A DNA stretch of 64,000 nucleotides from an uncultured delta proteobacterium (GTDB lineage: Bacteria; Desulfobacterota; Binatia; UBA9968). The stretch lies in the NCBI GenBank assembly GCA_963745835.1, contig CAVUZH010000013.1:224001-288000 (forward strand), read 5' to 3'. A model generated the notes under the pieces. It was given only the letters and a program-made list of their open reading frames with translations. It did no database searches and was not told where the DNA came from. Position numbers and translations under genes: made by a program. Each line of letters opens with the position of its first letter. Positions within the stretch are counted from its first letter, which is position 1. This document shows positions 50,836 to 59,463 of this stretch, piece after piece.

Positions 50836-51426
50836 TCATTCGTGGAATCGGCGAGTCGCGACAGCGGCCGCTTCTTTGACCTGCGGCAGAGGACAGAAAT
50901 TGTTTGCCTCCACTCCGAACACTGGATTGAACTTGCTACGAAAATTTTCCAAAGCAATGACCGCCGCTAATTCCACCAATTCCTCGTCGGTGAAGTGTTC
51001 ATTGAGCCGATTGAAGAACTCATCCGTAACCCGTCGTTCCGTGTAGGTCATCCGCTCGGCTAACTCCAGCGCCAACCGCTCGCGCAATGAAAACAGCGGA
51101 TTCTCCTTGTAATCTCCCAGCACTGCTTCGACTTTCTCCGCGGAAGCCCCATTTTGCATCGCACTGGATGCGTTACTGTCAATTCAAAATGGGCAGCCGT
51201 TGATATTGGCGGTCTTAACACAGAGAAGGTGCTTTAATTCGGGCGAAATGAGCCCTGACTCCTGAATCCCTTGAGCCAGTGCCTGAACTCCCCTCTGAAT
51301 TGTCGGTCTTAACGCATAGACTTTCGCAGTATTCGAAACCACGCCCAGGCGCTTCTTCTGCGCTTCAAAAACTTCTCGCACCTCGTCATTCGCTTCACTT
51401 TCGGTTATGCCTTTGATTCTCGCCAT
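50836..51426 (-). CDS. AhpD/carboxymuconolactone decarboxylase-like selenoprotein (Sec at TGA 51184-51186)
   Basis: ORFs 51184..51495 and 50836..51159 are in frame: ...TANINGCPF-U-IDSNASSAMQNG...ERLALELAERMT...FTDEELVEL...ENFRSKFN. TGA aligns with the second Cys of the CxxC motif. ATG 51426 follows GGAGGGAG. Confidence 0.85.
51155..51171 (-). promoter_or_regulatory. Candidate SECIS hairpin of the AhpD-like gene
   Basis: 12 nt after the UGA: GCATC-CAGTGC-GATGC. CCCATTTTG/CAAAATGGG can also pair around the UGA. Confidence 0.5.
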
Positions 51427-51649
51427 ACTCCCTCCGCGCTCGATATCTAAATTGTGTTTCGCAACACTGTTACACGAAATCCGATGGTCTTCCACAAAGA
51501 TGCAAATCTCGCCTGACTCGATTTAGCTCCGACTGCTGCAGCTGGAGCGAATCTATCATACGGTTGCGCTGGATAGTTAACGTGTTTCGAGATGACATCT
51601 AGAATAACAATTCATCCCAGCAGCATGAGAGTTGTTGATCGCGGATGAG

Positions 51650-52138
51650 TCAACTCGCCGGCAGCCCCAACGCAAAGGCAATTTGCCTGAGCACATTTTT
51701 CTCGGCGTCTGAGATGCGTTCCCCGCCAATTCCGAAGATACCGCCTTCGTTCGAAGCCTCGGCGACGCGTTCGCCGACGGCTAGCAGCCATTTTTTGAAC
51801 TCATCGGCTTCATCGGCTTTGGCCTTACGGCTAACGATATCATTTACCGCCCTTATGTGATTCAACGCCAACTCCTTTGCCTGCTCCGGATCTTTGATGC
51901 CCTGAGGAGGCTCCGGTTTGGTTTGCCGCTCTTTCAAATCCGCAGCCAACTCGGCAATCAGCGGATTGGAACTGCCCTTTTGCAGCATCTCCGCCATAGC
52001 CATTCCCATCGATAACATCTCCTTCAGCACCCCCCAAGGCCCGTTGGGGCTGGCACAGGTAACCGCTAGTCCGACCATTGGCGCAGCGGCAACAATCATT
52101 TTCCATTCTTCCGTAGTGAAATCGCTTTTTCTTGCCAC
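51650..52138 (-). CDS. Conserved hypothetical protein
   Basis: Clear ORF with AGGAGG RBS; VAEASNEGGIFGIGGERISDAE C-terminal motif. Confidence 0.75.
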   Translation of the reverse strand: MARKSDFTTEEWKMIVAAAPMVGLAVTCASPNGPWGVLKEMLSMGMAMAEMLQKGSSNPLIAELAADLKERQTKPEPPQGIKDPEQAKELALNHIRAVNDIVSRKAKADEADEFKKWLLAVGERVAEASNEGGIFGIGGERISDAEKNVLRQIAFALGLPAS

Positions 52139-52229
52139 TGGAATTGCCTCCTGGTCTAAGAGTCAGTTGTTGTGTCGCTGAGATCATGCGGCGATGAAGT
52201 CTGTAAACAACATGAAAGATATTAGGCTG

Positions 52230-52583
52230 TCACCTGGCATCCTCCACCCGAACCAGCTCGATGACCCACCGTATTACCGCATTCGGCGGGATCCGGCCGT
52301 CCCTCGTACCTTCTCGATACGCAAGGTGCGGACTCACGCGCGCCTCCCTGGTTCCGCCTTCGCGCATTCCTATGACACTAGTTTCAAGCATGGCGGTGGG
52401 ATCCCGCCGCCCGACTTCGAATCGATACTCGTCGCCAGGTTGATCATCGGAGCTGGCTATTTTCTCGCCTCGGTTTAGAAAACCCTGGTATTTGATCACG
52501 GCAAAGCTTCCAGGCTCTGCCCCTCGACCGGCGCCAATACTAAGATCCCTAATTTTGATGCCCTTCTTTTGCTTTAGGTTCAC
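52230..52583 (-). CDS. FKBP-type peptidyl-prolyl isomerase
   Basis: IGAGR, YQGFL, GMREGGTR, PHLAY, IPPNAVI. Confidence 0.85.
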   Translation of the reverse strand: MNLKQKKGIKIRDLSIGAGRGAEPGSFAVIKYQGFLNRGEKIASSDDQPGDEYRFEVGRRDPTAMLETSVIGMREGGTREARVSPHLAYREGTRDGRIPPNAVIRWVIELVRVEDAR

Positions 52584-52617
52584 CAAGAGAGAGCCTGAGT
52601 TAGGATCGTGGTGCGCG

Positions 52618-53361
52618 TCAAATAAAGTGAAATCCGCCGTCGACATTCAATAGTTGTCCGGTCATGAAGTCGCTGTCTGGCGATGCCAGAAATAAGACGG
52701 TGCCGACCAGGTCGTCTTCGATCTGAGAGCGCTTGATGCTGCGTTGCTGAGCGCGGATTTTTTCGTATTCGGGATCAACCTTCCGTCCTTCGGTGACGAC
52801 GAATCCCGGACTGACGGTATTCACATTGATGTTGAAATCGCCAAGTTCCCGCGCCATCGCACGGGTCATGGCGATGATCGCGCCTTTGGAAGTGACGTAA
52901 TGGATGTAGTTGGGATTGCCGGTGAGAGCGACGTTGGAAGAGATATTGATGATCTTGCCCTTGTTTTGCTTCCGCATGTAAGGTACCGCGGCTTTGGCGC
53001 ACAACCATGAGCCGCGCACGTTGACTGCCATTGCCTTGTCGAATTCATCGACCGTCATCTCCCAGAACGGTCCTTTCCAGACTGTCATGAAGTAAGCGGC
53101 GTTATTGATGAGAACATCCACCGTACCGAATTGTTTGACGGTCTCGTCGACCATCGCCTTGACGCTCTTCTCATCGGTCACATCGCACGCCATGCTGATC
53201 GCGCTGCCGCCGATATCGGTTACGGCTTTCACCACATGATCGGCGCTGACGATGTCCGGCAATGCTACCTTGGCGCCTTCTTTAGCAAAGGCTACTGCAT
53301 AGGCTTTGCCGATCTTGCCGCCGCCGCCGGTAATGATCACGGATTTATCTTTGAATCGCAT
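52618..53361 (-). CDS. SDR family oxidoreductase
   Basis: TGGGGKIG, NNAA, YVTSK, TGQLLNVDGG. Confidence 0.93.
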   Translation of the reverse strand: MRFKDKSVIITGGGGKIGKAYAVAFAKEGAKVALPDIVSADHVVKAVTDIGGSAISMACDVTDEKSVKAMVDETVKQFGTVDVLINNAAYFMTVWKGPFWEMTVDEFDKAMAVNVRGSWLCAKAAVPYMRKQNKGKIINISSNVALTGNPNYIHYVTSKGAIIAMTRAMARELGDFNINVNTVSPGFVVTEGRKVDPEYEKIRAQQRSIKRSQIEDDLVGTVLFLASPDSDFMTGQLLNVDGGFHFI

Positions 53362-53429
53362 CTACAATCCCCAACAAATGATAAAAATAAAAACGGAAAG
53401 CTGAACAGATACCTCATTCAGCTTCCATT

Positions 53430-54176
53430 TTATCCGATAAAATTCGCGCCGCCATCGACGTTCAGCAATTGTCCCGTCATGAAGTCGCTTTCGGGCGAGG
53501 CCAAAAACAGAACGGTTCCTACTAAGTCGTTTTCAACCTGGACCCGCTTCAGAGAGCGATTTGCCACGCGGCTGGCACTAAACGCCGGCTCGACCTGGCG
53601 GCCTTCGGTCTCGACAAAACCCGGAGCCACCGTATTAACGCAGATATTGTAATCGCCAAGCTCCCGCGCCATGGCGCGGGTCATCGCGATAATTGCTCCT
53701 TTGGAAGTGACGTAGTGAATATAATTCGGACTGCCGTTCAAAGCGGTGCCGGAGGAAATATTGATAATTTTGCCTTTCCCTTGCTTCTTCATATGAGGAA
53801 ATGCCGCCTTGGCGCATAGCCAAGATCCCCGCACATTCACGGCCATCGCCTTGTCGAATTCATCGACCGCCATCTCCCAGAACGGCCCTTTCCATACTGT
53901 CATGAAATACGCGGCATTGTTCACCAGAATATCGACCCCGCCAAACTGCTTGGCGGTCTCGTCGACCATCAATTTGACGCTCTTTTCATCGGAAACATCG
54001 CATGCCGAGCTGATCGCCGTGCCACCCATGTCTTGAATCGCTTTGACCACATGATCCGCGCTGGCGATATCCGGCAACGAAACCTTGGCGCCCTCTTTGG
54101 CGAACGCCATCGCATAAGCTTTGCCAATCTTGCCACCGCCGCCGGTAACGATCACGGATTTATCTTTGAAACGCAT
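53430..54176 (-). CDS. SDR family oxidoreductase (tandem paralog)
   Basis: Same motifs and nearly the same sequence as 52618-53361. Start ATG 54176. Confidence 0.93.
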   Translation of the reverse strand: MRFKDKSVIVTGGGGKIGKAYAMAFAKEGAKVSLPDIASADHVVKAIQDMGGTAISSACDVSDEKSVKLMVDETAKQFGGVDILVNNAAYFMTVWKGPFWEMAVDEFDKAMAVNVRGSWLCAKAAFPHMKKQGKGKIINISSGTALNGSPNYIHYVTSKGAIIAMTRAMARELGDYNICVNTVAPGFVETEGRQVEPAFSASRVANRSLKRVQVENDLVGTVLFLASPESDFMTGQLLNVDGGANFIG

Positions 54177-54381
54177 GGTCGAGTCCTCCTGTGGGAAACT
54201 ATGAAAACAGAAAGCGGAAAACTGAAACAAATGCTTGCTCTAAGATTATGCAGAGGCAAAGCTGAACCAATGCTTCCTAATGCGACTTGTTTCCGTTTTC
54301 AGCTTTTATAATTCAGCTCTAACAAATGTTGCCCCTGCCTTAACACCGCCTCCGCGGCGTGTCAACGAACCTGCCATTTCA

Positions 54382-54410
54382 TTGACTTGAGCCGGCGCCG
54401 CACTTATGAT
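54382..54410 (+). promoter_or_regulatory. sigma70-type promoter for the 54551-57546 genes
   Basis: TTGACT-17 nt-TATGAT. Confidence 0.6.
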
Positions 54411-54488
54411 CGAAACCAGATAGAGCCGTGATCATGTCGGTGACCACGATTTGAGAATTTTACGAATACGGAACACAAACACGATTTT

Positions 54489-54538
54489 GAGCGAAGCGTT
54501 GAGCACAACGAAGCATATGAGGCTTTTTCAGCATTCTG
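54489..54538. mobile_element. MITE-like element family A, right-half remnant
   Basis: CAACGAAGCATATGAGGCTTTTTCAGCATTCTG matches the right end of copies 1 and 3. Confidence 0.6.
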
Positions 54539-54550
54539 GAAGGGGATTAC

Positions 54551-55510
54551 ATGGCGAAACTGAAGCTCACGATGGCCTGCGATAGATACGACTATCTCCA
54601 GCCTTTGCGCGAGGGCCAGGTCGAAGTCGAGGGCATCGATCTCAACCTGATCACGGTTGAAAGCGGCATTCGCCATGAGCGAATGTTCCGATACGGCGAG
54701 TACGATGCCTGTGAGTTCTCAATGTCTTCCTATCTGGTCGCGCGCGGCCGAGACGTGGATTGGTTGCAAGCCATTCCGTTTTTTCCGCGCCGCATGTGGG
54801 GGCACAAATTCTGCTTCATTCGCTCCGGTTCCGGGATCAAGAAGCCCGCGGATCTAAAAGGCGGCCGCATCGGTTTGCGCAGCTATGAAAACACCCTCGC
54901 CCTGGTCACCAAAGGCATGCTGATGAACAGCTACGATCTGTCGGTCACCGATGTCACCTGGGTAATTGTCAACAAAGAACACGTTGGTTTTAAACTTCCG
55001 CCGAACATCAAAGTGGAATTCGTCGACGGCCAACGGAAACTGGAAGATTTATTGGTTGAGGGCAAGGTCGATGCGGAGGTTGAACCGGATTTACCGCAGC
55101 GCTGGATTCGCGACGAAGGAAGCATCGAACGGCTGTTTCCGGAATTCGAAAAAGAGGAGAAAGAGTACTATCAGCGGACCAAGGTTTTCCCGATCATGCA
55201 CCCGATTGTCATCAAGAAAGAAATCCTCGACAGCGATCCCTGGGTGGCCACCAGCCTCTACGAAGCATTTGTGGCGTCACGTCAAGCGTACAACGAGTTT
55301 ATGGAGCAACCGCACCGGCTCAGTTTTGCCTGGGCACGCTCGTATTTGGAAGAAGAACGGAAGTTTTTCGGTAAAGACCCTTTTTATCAGGGCTTCAGAG
55401 AAAACCATCACGACGTGCAGAATTTGATTAAGTTTGCCGGCCAGCAGGGCATGCTCGGCCGTCAATTGACTGTTGAAGAGTTGTTTGCTGAGAACACCCA
55501 CGGCACATGA
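54551..55510 (+). CDS. 4,5-dihydroxyphthalate decarboxylase-like / periplasmic-binding-fold protein
   Basis: LTMACDRYD, YDACEFSMSSY, AIPFFPRR, FPIMH; no signal peptide. Confidence 0.8.
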   Translation: MAKLKLTMACDRYDYLQPLREGQVEVEGIDLNLITVESGIRHERMFRYGEYDACEFSMSSYLVARGRDVDWLQAIPFFPRRMWGHKFCFIRSGSGIKKPADLKGGRIGLRSYENTLALVTKGMLMNSYDLSVTDVTWVIVNKEHVGFKLPPNIKVEFVDGQRKLEDLLVEGKVDAEVEPDLPQRWIRDEGSIERLFPEFEKEEKEYYQRTKVFPIMHPIVIKKEILDSDPWVATSLYEAFVASRQAYNEFMEQPHRLSFAWARSYLEEERKFFGKDPFYQGFRENHHDVQNLIKFAGQQGMLGRQLTVEELFAENTHGT

Positions 55511-55601
55511 TGGCATCGTCATAGTGATAAAAGAAGATTCCGGGCGCTCGCTTTTTCGGATTAAATTTTTGTGAATAGCACAGTTGAGAGAGGAGACTAA
55601 G

Positions 55602-56705
55602 ATGGCTGAGTATCGAATTATCGATGCGGACGGGCACGTCATGGAGCTTGACAGCGAGCTGCGCGAATTCATCGGCCCACCCTACAAAGATCTGGAATGG
55701 CATCAGAGCTATTCCTTTTGGCCAGGCCTCACCATGGACGGCTACTTGCGTTCGTTGCGTCAGAAAGGCGGCTGGGCCGGCGGCGGCGACGGCCCGAAGG
55801 CAAATCACTGGCTCGACTTTCTCGACAAGAACAAGATTGAGCTGACGGTTCTTTACCCGACTCAGGGGCTCACTCACGGAGCGATCCAGGATAGAGACTG
55901 GGCCATTTGCATGGCGAGAGCCTACAACGACTGGCTCTATCACAAATTCATGGCAGTGAGCCCACGCCTCGTCGGCGTTGCGCTTTTGCCGATACAAGAT
56001 ATCGCCGAAGCGGTTAAGGAATTGCGCCGTTGCGTTAACGACCTCGGCATGGTCGGCGCCGTGCTGCCTGCTGTCGCTCCTGCCGGCCGGCTTTACAGCG
56101 GTCCTGAATTTTACCCGCTATGGGAAGAAGCGCAGAGGCTGGACGTACCGGTTTCGACTCACGGCGGCCTAAGCATGCCGTCGCTGGGCCTCGATATGGT
56201 GAACAATTTCACCATCGGACACACACTGGAACATCCGTTCGCCCAGATTCGCCAGTTCACCGCCTTGATGTTCGAAGGAGTTTTCGAGCTGTTCCCAAAC
56301 TTCCGCTTCGGCTGCATTGAATGCGGCGTCGGCTGGGTGCCTTACATGATGGACCGAATGGACGAGGAACAGGAGCGTAAAGGTCACTATTCGCCGCGGT
56401 GCAAAATGAAACCCAGCGAGTACGTCAAGAAAGGAAATATCTTCTTCGCCGTCGAAGTCGAAGAGTCGGCGCTACCGCTGGCCGCGCAAGTCGCCAATGA
56501 CAATGCGCTCATCTGGGCTTCCGATTATCCGCACGAACGCGATCAGCGCGACTTCAGCCAGGACATTCCGAATTTAATTAACCGCAAAGATGTCAGCGAT
56601 GAGCTCAAGCGCAAAATCTTTTGGGACAATCCGTTGAGATTCTACCCGCGGTTGAAGGAACGCGTGGAGAACGCTCAGTTATCAAAGAAAGCTGCCAGCG
56701 CATAA
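55602..56705 (+). CDS. Amidohydrolase_2 family protein
   Basis: IIDADGH, VLYPT, AYNDWL, ECGVGW, ASDYPH. Confidence 0.9.
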   Translation: MAEYRIIDADGHVMELDSELREFIGPPYKDLEWHQSYSFWPGLTMDGYLRSLRQKGGWAGGGDGPKANHWLDFLDKNKIELTVLYPTQGLTHGAIQDRDWAICMARAYNDWLYHKFMAVSPRLVGVALLPIQDIAEAVKELRRCVNDLGMVGAVLPAVAPAGRLYSGPEFYPLWEEAQRLDVPVSTHGGLSMPSLGLDMVNNFTIGHTLEHPFAQIRQFTALMFEGVFELFPNFRFGCIECGVGWVPYMMDRMDEEQERKGHYSPRCKMKPSEYVKKGNIFFAVEVEESALPLAAQVANDNALIWASDYPHERDQRDFSQDIPNLINRKDVSDELKRKIFWDNPLRFYPRLKERVENAQLSKKAASA

Positions 56706-56790
56706 TTCACAGTCGGATAATGGCATTCCGATGATACATGATTACGTTTAGCCCAAAATGCGCTAGACCGGGCTCGATAAAGAACAGTTT

Positions 56791-57546
56791 ATGAACCAGG
56801 ACGAATTCATCGCCGAATTGTGGGGCTATGCCGCGGAGGTTCCCACCGAGCAGCACCCATGGTTCGACGGAATCATCAAGCACCGCTGGAGTAAGGAGCA
56901 AATTATCCTCGGCGAAGTGCAGCACTATCTGCGCGTCCGCACCAACCCGATCTTCTTTGGCTATATGGCGGTCAACGCCGTATCCGCCAAAGAGTATGCG
57001 GTGATGGACACGGTTCTGGAAAATTTCATGGAAGAGCTGGGCGGTAAACGCACGCACATGGATATCATGCTGCAATTCCTCGAGGAAGGCGGCATCTCAC
57101 GGCAGGAAGCGGACAACGCCGAGCCGGCGCCGGGAACCATGGCGGCGATCGAAATGATCATCGGCTGCTGCCAAAGACGTTCGGCGTTGGAAGGAGTGGC
57201 CATGCTCGCCTTCGTTGAAAGCCAACTCGGAGGCGCGGGCAAGGTCTCCGAAAAGGTCTATCGTGAATTGACCGAGCACTATGGCTTCTCGGCCCGCGCC
57301 GCGGAAACATATCGGCTGCACGCCGCGCAAGACGAGGGACACGGCAGCCGCCAGATCGATGCGATTCGCTTGCTAGCCAATAATAGTGAAACTCAAGACA
57401 AAGTACGCGCGGCAGTGAAGCTTGGCGTGACGGCTTTCACTCTGGAATGGGACGGCCATGTTCAGGCAATGACCGGCAAAAGAGAATTCTGGGGCGGGGT
57501 CGCCGATGTAAAGCTGCGGCAACCAAAGGTCAAGTTAGCAAAGTAG
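56791..57546 (+). CDS. Heme-oxygenase-like diiron enzyme (CADD/PqqC/TenA-like)
   Basis: HPWF, EELGGKRTH, VESQ, LHAAQDEGH ligand pattern. Confidence 0.82.
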   Translation: MNQDEFIAELWGYAAEVPTEQHPWFDGIIKHRWSKEQIILGEVQHYLRVRTNPIFFGYMAVNAVSAKEYAVMDTVLENFMEELGGKRTHMDIMLQFLEEGGISRQEADNAEPAPGTMAAIEMIIGCCQRRSALEGVAMLAFVESQLGGAGKVSEKVYRELTEHYGFSARAAETYRLHAAQDEGHGSRQIDAIRLLANNSETQDKVRAAVKLGVTAFTLEWDGHVQAMTGKREFWGGVADVKLRQPKVKLAK

Positions 57547-57662
57547 TCTTGAACTTTTTCCTAATGCTTGTTGGTCGCCGAGTTATTCGTTTTTAGGAAC
57601 CTAGATATAGGCTTCGCGGGTATGACCTAACGACAGTCGAAACCGAAAACCCGACACCCGCA

Positions 57663-57884
57663 TCACACCGGCCAATCCTGTGGTAATTCCCGACGCAATT
57701 TCTGATACTCCGGGTTGTCGGTTTGCTCGCGCCGCAGGCGAGCCAAGGCCTCAATGATTTCCTTTTGAACTAACTTAAGCGAATTGGAGACCATGCCCGT
57801 GGTCTCTTCGAAGCCGAGGCCTCAATTGCTGTATCAGCCGCTCATGCGGGTCAGGATATAAAGATCCTTTTCTTTTCTCGTCAT
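57663..57884 (-). CDS. Putative novel 73-aa selenoprotein with two Sec (U17, U21)
   Basis: MTRKEKDLYILTRMSG-U-YSN-U-GLGFEETTGMVSNSLKLVQKEIIEALARLRREQTDNPEYQKLRRELPQDWPV*. TGAs at 57834-57836 and 57822-57824; GGGTGA RBS; SECIS-like hairpin; absent from the ORF track. Confidence 0.65.
57787..57806 (-). promoter_or_regulatory. Candidate SECIS hairpin
   Basis: GAGACCA-CGGGCA-TGGTCTC, a perfect 7-bp stem with a G-rich loop; extendable by CGAA/TTCG past a CAA bulge. Confidence 0.6.
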
Positions 57885-57895
57885 TGCATCACCCG

Positions 57896-58312
57896 TCAAT
57901 TCGGAACACCGGAGAACCCAACTTGCTGCACGGTGATCGACTCAGTTGTCGTCTGCGGCTGTCCTTGTTCATTAACCATTATCCGTAGTCGCACGAAAAA
58001 TCTCCACTGATTTTCCTGCCAGCTCACGAGCAGAATCAAGAATGCATTATCGACTATGGTATTCGGCGGTTCCTCACAAGCGACGGCGAGATCGAGAATG
58101 AAATGGTCTTGCGCTGCGACTTTTAACGGTGGCCCAAACTTGAGTTCCTCAGCCTTGAATTTTCCATGCGGCACCCGCACGGAAAGCAGGCTCATCGGTG
58201 TTTCGGTCATGTTTCGCACCCGCCATTTGAACAACCACCGCCCCGGGTCCTTACTCGTGCCGCACTCAGCCTGCTCAACTTCAATCTTCGGCCCCCCATT
58301 CTCCCCACTCAT
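57896..58312 (-). CDS. Hypothetical beta-rich (Ig-like?) protein
   Basis: Clear ORF (WRVRN, RVPHGKF, DNAFLIL, QVGFS); stop 11 nt upstream of the putative selenoprotein ATG. Confidence 0.72.
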   Translation of the reverse strand: MSGENGGPKIEVEQAECGTSKDPGRWLFKWRVRNMTETPMSLLSVRVPHGKFKAEELKFGPPLKVAAQDHFILDLAVACEEPPNTIVDNAFLILLVSWQENQWRFFVRLRIMVNEQGQPQTTTESITVQQVGFSGVPN

Positions 58313-58364
58313 TACGGTTGAACCAAGCGTTAGCTGGAACACTGGAACATTTGGAACGCCGTGA

Positions 58365-59384
58365 TCAAGGTTTTAATTTTCCTTCCGCTCTTAGCTCCTG
58401 CTGAGCTAGCTTGAGAATTCGATCGTTGACCACGCGGTCCAAAGTGAAATTCTTGTCCACCAAGCCGGCGCGAATGTCCTCATCGAGCATTTGCTGGAGG
58501 CCTGCTGTGGCAATGGACAGGTCCGAAGTAAGGCCGGGCGCATAGAGATCCCAGGCGGCGCTGACGATGTCCGACTCGCCCTGCAAGCCTGCCTCGTATC
58601 CCGACTTGATCGCTTCCTGCTTGTTGAACTTGGCGAGATTGATTCCTTGTATATAGGCCTTGAGCATACGCTTGCTGGTCTCGGGAAACTTCTCCAGCAT
58701 CTCATTGCGGGTTACCAGAATGTTTTGCGGAATACCTAAGGACTCGCTCATATTGCTGATGACAGAATAGCCTGCCTTGATGAGCCGAACGCCGTCTTCT
58801 GTGGAAAACGGCGCTGCAGCGATGATCCCCTTTTCGATTGCCGCCGCCCGCAAAACCGTGCCGCCAACCGCGCGCAGCACCACGTCTTTGTCGGGATTGA
58901 TGTTGTTCTTTTTGAGGAAGGCTTTCATGGCAAACTCGGAATACGTTCCTGCGCCGGTTACCCCAACGATCTTGCCTCTGAGATCTTCCACGCTGCGCGT
59001 CTGCTTGTTACCAAGCAAAATGTAATTCGTTGTGCTCGAAGTGCATCCAATGATAGCCAAATCCAAACCGCGCGCTTTACTGCGAAAAACTGCCTGAGCG
59101 CCGCCGATGGCCGCAAAATCCACTTCACCGGAAACCAGAGCGGCAATCGCCGCCGGACCGCCACGGATGAGAATCGGTTCGACTTGGAGCCCCTGCTGCT
59201 TGAAGAATCCGCGCGCTAGCGCTGTCCGAAACGGGATCTCGCTATTCCACGCCAGGCTGACGAAAACCATGCGGAGGTTCTTCTTTTCTTGCGCGAGAGC
59301 CGCCAAAGGCTGTGCCAGCATAAACAAGACAACCAATGTTAAGCAGAGCGGGCCGACATAGTGGGAGAGGGTTGGAAGCTTCAT
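58365..59384 (-). CDS. NitT/TauT-type substrate-binding protein (no adjacent permease)
   Basis: Signal peptide, RGFFKQQGL, AALVSGEVDF, DLRGKIVGV. Confidence 0.9.
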   Translation of the reverse strand: MKLPTLSHYVGPLCLTLVVLFMLAQPLAALAQEKKNLRMVFVSLAWNSEIPFRTALARGFFKQQGLQVEPILIRGGPAAIAALVSGEVDFAAIGGAQAVFRSKARGLDLAIIGCTSSTTNYILLGNKQTRSVEDLRGKIVGVTGAGTYSEFAMKAFLKKNNINPDKDVVLRAVGGTVLRAAAIEKGIIAAAPFSTEDGVRLIKAGYSVISNMSESLGIPQNILVTRNEMLEKFPETSKRMLKAYIQGINLAKFNKQEAIKSGYEAGLQGESDIVSAAWDLYAPGLTSDLSIATAGLQQMLDEDIRAGLVDKNFTLDRVVNDRILKLAQQELRAEGKLKP

Positions 59385-59463
59385 TCAGGCGTCTTCCTTT
59401 CCTGAGCGCTGCTGGCACCAGGTGAACTATTGAACGGCTTGAATTTTGAACACCTAAGCACGT

